From: Eledone cirrhosa
Lineage: Eukaryota
Assembly (NCBI GenBank): GCA_964016885.1
Contig: OZ024746.1
Span: 20,336,001 to 20,400,000, forward strand
Reading direction: 5' to 3'
Length of the DNA: 64,000 nt
In this document: positions 62,827 through 64,000 of the stretch, piece by piece
Layout: every line of letters begins with the position of its first letter
Position numbering within the stretch: the first letter of the stretch is position 1
Notes under the pieces: generated by a model
Told to the model about the DNA's origin: nothing
Database searches by the model: none
Seen by the model: only the letters and a program-made list of their open reading frames with translations
Made by a program: the position numbers and the translations under genes

Positions 62827-64000
62827 GTAAGTATTGGCGAACTTTTCTTCCCCAGTTGCCTAAACAACTAATAAAACTTTATGTATATATATATATTTAT
62901 ACATAAGAACACGTGTTAAAAAAAAAAAACAACAAAAAACATGGATAATGAGAAAAATATTGAGTTTGAACTCACATCTCTTACACTTTATGCATACACA
63001 CTCATGCACATATAACTAGATAATAATGAATTTATTGAACTTAAAGTATTAAAAAAAAATGAACCTCAATTTCATCAAGCTGTTAAAAATTTTCTCTTAG
63101 TTTATATAACAAAGGAAGAACTATTAAGCTTGCAAATAATTACTATCTAAATGTTTATTAAATGTTAGATGAACAATTCTAGCCACATGTGCACAAATCT
63201 CAGTTTTTAAATCAGATTTAGAAATCACCTTGGATTGATATTGGTGAAATAATTTGGATGTCAAATAGTATTTAAAAAAAAAATTATTCCTGTTTAATTA
63301 AGTATCCTCTCATTGCACATACATATAATACACGTAAATTTAATCTTTAATGAATCTTAGCTCATTAATAAACCTACACTTTGATATAAAATTTCTTTCA
63401 AATTTGCATTGTGATTTTTGATTGCCATATCATTTCTGTGGAAAGTAGTTTACCTTGGCCATTTTCTAAACAAATAGATGTTATTATTATTATTTCGGTT
63501 GGCCTTGTGCCTAAATCAGAAACCATTATTATTATTTCGATTCTATACCTGATGCTCAAGTTCATGCAATGTTTCTATTTTGATTTAATAATTTTAGTAA
63601 ATAACTTAATTTCAATTTATATTACAATTGAATTGATATTAGTAAACCATTAATTTTATAGAAATTATATATTCAAATAATAAAGTTAATACGAAACATT
63701 GTGAGATATGTAATAAACGACTGATAAGTTTCAGAAAGCTGGTTCAATGTGGTAGTTTTGTTTTAAGCCATTTTCGTTTTTACATTTGAAAAGAGGGTTA
63801 TAGCCCTGAAATATTATGTTGAAATATATTGGGTAAAACATTACTTTTTGTTTTATATGTCATCCTTTGCCCTTTATATATTTCTACCACATTGTACTGG
63901 CTTTCTGAAACTTATCAGTCATTTATTACATATCTCACAATGCTTCATATTAACTATACTACTTATATTTAATGTAAAGTGGTTGGTGTTAAGAAGGGCA

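Overview
AT-rich, intron-containing animal DNA. The SINE/RTE content and very long (TA)n tracts suggest an octopod cephalopod (inference). Three spliced genes can be assembled by hand with GT-AG sites and consistent phases. (1) The 3' six coding exons of translation elongation factor 1-delta (EEF1D-like, + strand, 6723-14877). (2) A convergent 15-exon UBF/UBTF-like nucleolar HMG-box gene (- strand, 15521-37337; start exon not found). (3) Five early exons of the HECT E3 ligase UBR5/hyd (+ strand, 57399-62826, running off the window), arranged head-to-head with the UBF-like gene. Introns and intergenic DNA hold RTE and CR1-like LINE fragments (one young copy has an intact ~710-codon RT ORF with a Cys/His finger insertion), two modular tRNA-SINE superfamilies, a non-autonomous Helitron, Tc1/mariner and piggyBac-type MITEs, a 2.3-kb 31-bp minisatellite, multi-kb (TA)n tracts and a 200-N gap. 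The most interesting item is the compact invertebrate UBF: three HMG boxes, no acidic tail, microexons, and a 111-nt exon matching the one skipped in vertebrate UBF2. I found no CRISPR, prokaryotic system or clearly new biological system. All homology calls are from motif recognition, not database searches.
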